From Desulfobulbus propionicus DSM 2032 (GTDB lineage Bacteria > Desulfobacterota > Desulfobulbia > Desulfobulbales > Desulfobulbaceae), in assembly GCF_000186885.1 (NCBI RefSeq), contig NC_014972.1, positions 1,170,001-1,202,000 on the forward strand: a stretch of 32,000 nt of DNA. Reading direction: 5' to 3'. Below, one piece after another: positions 28,074 through 32,000 of the stretch. The position numbers were made by a program, and so were the translations under genes. Every line of letters starts with the position of its first letter. The first letter of the stretch is position 1. Under the pieces are notes generated by a model. That model was not told the DNA's origin, made no database searches, and saw nothing but the letters and a program-made list of their open reading frames with translations.

Positions 28074-29824
28074 CCAGTCCCGTGCTTGTTTTTCTGTGCG
28101 CATTGCTCGCCGTGTATGCCCTGGCCACGGTGGTCTATTACTTCGCAGTCCTGCGCCCCCGCCTGCGTCGACCCCGGGCCGCAGCGGCAATCTCCTCGGA
28201 CGGCGTCGAGACGGCGGATCGGGCGGCGTTCGAGCGCGAGCAAACGCAGACCCTCGGCCCGGAAGTGGGCCGCGCCCTCGAAGAATGGCGCTATACCTTC
28301 GATGCCATTGTCGATCCCGTCCTCATTCTCAATACCGAGCTGCAGATCGTCAAGGCCAACAAAGCCGCCAGGCAACTGCTCTCGGTCAACGGTGCGGCCA
28401 TCGAGGGCAAGACCTGCCATCGGCTGTTCGCCGGGTTGGACACCGTCTGCCCGCTGTGCCCGGCGCAGACCGTGCAGCACGAACGCAAACCGCACCGGCA
28501 GGAAATCACCCAGCGCTATCTCGGCCGGACCTTTGCCGTCTCCTGTTCTCCCCTGTTCCATGCGGACCGGATTGTCGGCTTTATTTATTCGGCCAAGGAT
28601 ATCAGCGTGCAGCGCAACCTGGAAAAACGTCTGGTGCATGCGCACAAGTTGGAATCCATCGCCACGCTTGCCGGTGGTATTGCTCATGATTTCAACAATA
28701 TCCTCGGGGCCATCCTCGGCAATGCCGATCTGCTCCTGTATCGCCTGCCGGACAAGGAAGGAAGAGGCGAATCATCGATGGGGCCGCCCATCACCTACGA
28801 GGAGATCGGCGAGCATGTCCAGGCGATGCGCAGGGCCGGCAACCGGGCCAAGGATTTGGTCGCCCAGATCCTTGCCTTCAGCCGTCAGTCGACCAACCAG
28901 CGGCGCGGCCTGCTGATCGCTCCGGTGATCAAGGAATCCTGCCGCCTGTTGCGTGCCTCCCTGCCGGCAACCATTGAACTCAAGGTGGAAATCGCCGATA
29001 CTGTGGGCATGATCTACGCCGATCCGGGACAGATGCAACAGGTGGTCATGCACCTGTGCACCAATGCCGCTCAGTCGCTGGAGAACAAGACGGGGACGAT
29101 TGAAGTTTCTTTGCGGGAGATCGAAACCGGAAGGGCGGAACAGCTCCGCTACCACGATTTGATGCCGGGACGATATGTTGTCCTGACGGTCAGGGACACC
29201 GGCAAGGGCATGCCGCCGGAGATGCTGGAGCGGATCTTTGATCCTTTTTACACCACCCGCGAGGTGGGCGAGGGGTCGGGCATGGGGCTGGCCGTGCTTC
29301 ATGGCATCATTGTTTCCCATGACGGGGTGATCGACGTCAAGTCAGAGGTGGGCAAGGGGTCGGTGTTTAGCGTCTTTTTCCCGCGGTTGCAGGACGTGGC
29401 GGGCGAGGAGGGAGAGCAGACAGTCGCCATGCCTCGCGGCACGGAAACCATCCTCTTTGTCGACGACGAGGAAGATATCGTCAGCATGCGCACCCGAATG
29501 CTTTCCTATCTGGGGTACCGCGTGCTGCCGGCAACCAGCCCGGAGCAGGCCCTGGGGTATTTCACCAGGGGCGAGGAACGTATCGATCTGTTGATCACCG
29601 ATCATACCATGCCGAGGATGACCGGACTGCAGCTGGCGGCGGAAATCAATGCCCTGTATCCGGATTTGCCGATCATCCTCTGCTCGGGGTATAGTGAAGC
29701 GGTGACCCTGGAAGAAGCATTGGAGGCCGGGGTTCGCCGTTTCTTGGCCAAGCCGGTGGACATGCGGCTGCTGGCCCTGGCCATCCGGGAACTTCTGCCC
29801 AATCGTGACGGAGGGAAGCCATGA
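28070..29824 (+). CDS. Hybrid sensor histidine kinase (TM-PAS-HisKA-HATPase_c-REC)
   Basis: 584 aa. The GTG start overlaps the upstream stop (GTGA). Elements in order: N-terminal TM helix, a PAS-like region with CH...C..C, H-box GGIAHDFNNILGAILGNADLL, N/G boxes (HLCTNAAQS, DTGKGM, GSGMGLA), and a receiver domain (ILFVDDEE...LLITDHTMP). Confidence 0.9.
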   Translation: MTSPVLVFLCALLAVYALATVVYYFAVLRPRLRRPRAAAAISSDGVETADRAAFEREQTQTLGPEVGRALEEWRYTFDAIVDPVLILNTELQIVKANKAARQLLSVNGAAIEGKTCHRLFAGLDTVCPLCPAQTVQHERKPHRQEITQRYLGRTFAVSCSPLFHADRIVGFIYSAKDISVQRNLEKRLVHAHKLESIATLAGGIAHDFNNILGAILGNADLLLYRLPDKEGRGESSMGPPITYEEIGEHVQAMRRAGNRAKDLVAQILAFSRQSTNQRRGLLIAPVIKESCRLLRASLPATIELKVEIADTVGMIYADPGQMQQVVMHLCTNAAQSLENKTGTIEVSLREIETGRAEQLRYHDLMPGRYVVLTVRDTGKGMPPEMLERIFDPFYTTREVGEGSGMGLAVLHGIIVSHDGVIDVKSEVGKGSVFSVFFPRLQDVAGEEGEQTVAMPRGTETILFVDDEEDIVSMRTRMLSYLGYRVLPATSPEQALGYFTRGEERIDLLITDHTMPRMTGLQLAAEINALYPDLPIILCSGYSEAVTLEEALEAGVRRFLAKPVDMRLLALAIRELLPNRDGGKP

Positions 29825-30189
29825 GAATTTTAGTCATTGACGATGACGAGCAGATGCGGATTTTGCTGCGTCAGGTGATGGAATGGGCGGGCTACGAGGT
29901 CACCGAGGCTGGGGATGGCCGCGAGGGCATGCACAAACAGCGCCGACAGCCGGCCAATTTGGTGATCACCGACCTAATCATGCCGGAGCAGGAGGGGCTG
30001 AAAACCATCACCTCGCTCAAGAAGGAGTTCCCGGAGGTCAAGATCATTGCCATCTCCGGCGGCGGTCGTATCGGGCCGGAGGCCTATCTGCCGGCGGCGC
30101 AGGAGCTGGGGGCGGACAGGGTGTTCAGCAAGCCCTTCGAAGTTCGGGAACTGGTCGATGCGGTCAAGGAGCTACTTGAACATGAATGA
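29821..30189 (+). CDS. Stand-alone CheY-like response regulator receiver protein
   Basis: 122 aa. RILVIDDDE...LVITDLIMPEQEG...IIAISGGG...SKPF. There is no output domain. The ATG overlaps the upstream stop (ATGA). Confidence 0.9.
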   Translation: MRILVIDDDEQMRILLRQVMEWAGYEVTEAGDGREGMHKQRRQPANLVITDLIMPEQEGLKTITSLKKEFPEVKIIAISGGGRIGPEAYLPAAQELGADRVFSKPFEVRELVDAVKELLEHE

Positions 30190-32000
30190 GATATACGCCC
30201 TTGTGGTCGACAACAGTCCGGTCATTCGCAGGATTCTTGGCTATGTGCTGGAAGCCGAGGGATGCACGGTGGAGACGGCCGAGGATGGTCTGGCCGCGCT
30301 GGATTGCATCGCCAGGCGGCGGCCCGACGTGCTCTTCACCGATCTGATCATGCCCAAGATCGATGGGGAGAAATTGTGTTACATCATCCGCAATACCCCG
30401 GAACTCAAGGATATCTTCCTGGTGGTCCTTTCAGGGGTGGCGCTCGAGGACAATACGGCCACCCTGCAAATAGGCGCGGATGTCTGCATCGCCAAGGGAT
30501 CGGCGGCCGCGATGATGGTGCACATCAAGGCGGCGTTGCGACGGTTCCAGTGCAATCAGCGCGGTGCAAGCGGCAGCATCGAGGGGCTGGAAGGGTTGTA
30601 TCCGCGCGAGGTCACCGCAGAACTGCTGGTCAGCAAAAAACATCGGGAGATCATTCTCGCCCGGATGACCGAGGGGGTAGTCGAACTCAACCACCAGGGG
30701 CGGATCGTCATGGCCAACGATGCGGCCCTCACCCTGTTCAACCTGCCCGAGGCGCGGGTTTTGGGCGCTTCATTGCTCCAACTGCTCCCTGAAACCGCTG
30801 GAGAACGGGTGCGTGGATGGAGGGAGCAAATCGTTTCTGCCGCTCAGTATGAACCGCTGCTGTTTACCTATGATGAACCGGTGCTGCTCGGTGACCGCCA
30901 AGTGACCTGCAATCTGGTGCCGGTGCCTGAAAACGATACCTTTTTCGTGATCGGCATTCTTCAGGATGTCACGGGCAGGAAAAAACTTGAGGTACGGCAG
31001 CGGCAACTGGAAAAGGAATTGCAACGTATCCGAAAACTGGATGCCATGTCCATGATGGCGAGCGGTATCGCCCATGATTTCAATAATCTGCTCACGATCA
31101 TCAACGGTAACCTGGAGATGGCGCGCTACGTCAGCCGCGACGAGAATGTGAGCCAGTTGTTGGGCGAATCGGCCAAGGCGCTTAATCTCACCGCGCAGTT
31201 GATTCGCCAGTTCACCACCTTTTCCGACAATTACCTGCCGCAGAAATCCCAGGTTCAGTTGCGCAGGTTGATTGAGGAGGTGTTGGCCCGCGATCTGGCC
31301 CCCGTTGGGATTCGTTACCAGATCAGGGCCGACGAGGAGGAACTGGCCCTGACGCTGGATCCCGATCTCGTTCGTCAAGTTTTTGTCAATCTCGCCAAGA
31401 ACGCGGTGGACGCCATGGGGACCAGCGGCCGCGTCGAGGTGTGCATCGAGCGGGTGGACGGCAGCGACGAAGCGGCCAGAACCGGCCAACCCGTACCGAG
31501 CGGCGAGTTGGCGCGGATCACTTTTCAGGACTCGGGCCCGGGTCTCGCGCCCTCGATCATCGATCAGGTCTTTGATCCCTACTTTTCCACCAAGCAGAAG
31601 GGGGCGCAAAAGGGGATGGGATTGGGGCTGACCATTGTCCATTCCATCGTCAAGAAACATGGCGGACTGGTCTGGCTCGAATCGCCCGACAGCGGTGGCT
31701 GCATCGTGTATCTCTATTTTCCGCTCCAGGAGGCGGCCATCACCGATCCCCGTCTGTGTGCGGGAAAAGGGTGCGGCAAGCGGATCCTGGTCATGGACGA
31801 CGAGGAAATGATGCGGCTGATCAACAGGAAAATGTTCGAGCATTACGGCTGCAAGGTGAGCGTGGCCTCCAGTGGTGACGAGGCGGTCGCCCTGTTTCGC
31901 CAACAGCTGGCGACCGGTAGCCCTTTCGACCTGACCCTGCTCGACCTGCGCGTCCACAACGGCATGGGCGGATTGGAAACCGCGCGCCAGATCGTGGCGT
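30182..32000 (+). CDS. Hybrid histidine kinase REC-PAS-HisKA-HATPase_c-REC, 3'-truncated by the window edge
   Basis: Not in the ORF track. I read the frame from the ATG at 30182 by hand to 32000 and found no stop. Translation: MNEIYALVVDNSPVIRR...FTDLIMPKIDG (REC), a PAS-like segment (ARMTEGVVELNHQGRIVMAND), H-box SGIAHDFNNLLTIINGNLE, HATPase motifs (NLAKNAVDA, DSGPGL, GMGLGL), then a second REC (ILVMDDEE...LTLLDLRV). The start overlaps the upstream gene by 8 nt (ATGAATGA). Confidence 0.9.
   Translation, partial: MNEIYALVVDNSPVIRRILGYVLEAEGCTVETAEDGLAALDCIARRRPDVLFTDLIMPKIDGEKLCYIIRNTPELKDIFLVVLSGVALEDNTATLQIGADVCIAKGSAAAMMVHIKAALRRFQCNQRGASGSIEGLEGLYPREVTAELLVSKKHREIILARMTEGVVELNHQGRIVMANDAALTLFNLPEARVLGASLLQLLPETAGERVRGWREQIVSAAQYEPLLFTYDEPVLLGDRQVTCNLVPVPENDTFFVIGILQDVTGRKKLEVRQRQLEKELQRIRKLDAMSMMASGIAHDFNNLLTIINGNLEMARYVSRDENVSQLLGESAKALNLTAQLIRQFTTFSDNYLPQKSQVQLRRLIEEVLARDLAPVGIRYQIRADEEELALTLDPDLVRQVFVNLAKNAVDAMGTSGRVEVCIERVDGSDEAARTGQPVPSGELARITFQDSGPGLAPSIIDQVFDPYFSTKQKGAQKGMGLGLTIVHSIVKKHGGLVWLESPDSGGCIVYLYFPLQEAAITDPRLCAGKGCGKRILVMDDEEMMRLINRKMFEHYGCKVSVASSGDEAVALFRQQLATGSPFDLTLLDLRVHNGMGGLETARQIVA

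Noticed and set aside
30770-31957. 395-aa minus ORF, the only long ORF the track lists for 30.8-32.0 kb
   Set aside because: The plus strand carries an uninterrupted REC-PAS-HisKA-HATPase-REC reading frame from 30182 to the window end. I checked it codon by codon. The track omits it only because it has no stop codon in the window.

Overview
This is a high-G+C (about 60% by eye) chromosomal segment. I can support 28 protein-coding genes. I saw no rRNA, tRNA, CRISPR array, transposase, integrase or phage gene. Two genes run off the window edges and are missing from the ORF track: selB (1-197, minus) and a REC-PAS-histidine kinase-REC gene (30182-32000, plus). Gene order, with < marking minus-strand genes: selB<, MBL hydrolase<, Mrp/NBP35 ATPase<; hsp20-lon-ftsY, coupled start to stop; a DjlA-like J-protein; a class I aminotransferase; glmM<cdaR<cdaA (c-di-AMP operon); a nitroreductase plus a small membrane protein; a low-G+C islet carrying a PEP-CTERM/DUF4114 protein<; a Cys/His-PilZ protein<; a 582-aa uncharacterised protein; cobT; a small secreted protein; xseA<; a TPR-like membrane protein and panC; a DegT-family aminotransferase; rsmJ<; kdsB. 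After kdsB comes an oversized CofD/YvcK-family protein that is translationally coupled to a hybrid HK, a CheY-like REC and a second hybrid HK. The gene content (selB, CdaA in an LPS-making diderm, PEP-CTERM, PAS hybrid kinases with HDFNN H-boxes) suggests a Desulfobacterota-like anaerobe, but that is inference only. Most of the window is ordinary housekeeping. Four parts seem worth follow-up. (i) The 786-aa YvcK/CofD-like protein is fused to an unassigned C-terminal domain and start/stop-coupled to a phosphorelay with no output domain in view. (ii) The PEP-CTERM gene has host-like codon usage in both sorting signals but strongly AT3-biased codons in its passenger domain, and it sits in a low-G+C islet. 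(iii) The 582-aa protein next to cobT looks like a DUF89/ARMT1 phosphatase fold that has lost its metal ligands. (iv) An orphan terminator-like hairpin and a sigma-54-like box lie in the PilZ/582-aa divergent spacer. I found no recognisable defence, toxin-antitoxin or mobile system. All functional calls rest on motif recognition by eye, because no database search was possible. Many long ORFs in the track are antisense shadows of real genes, as expected in high-G+C DNA.
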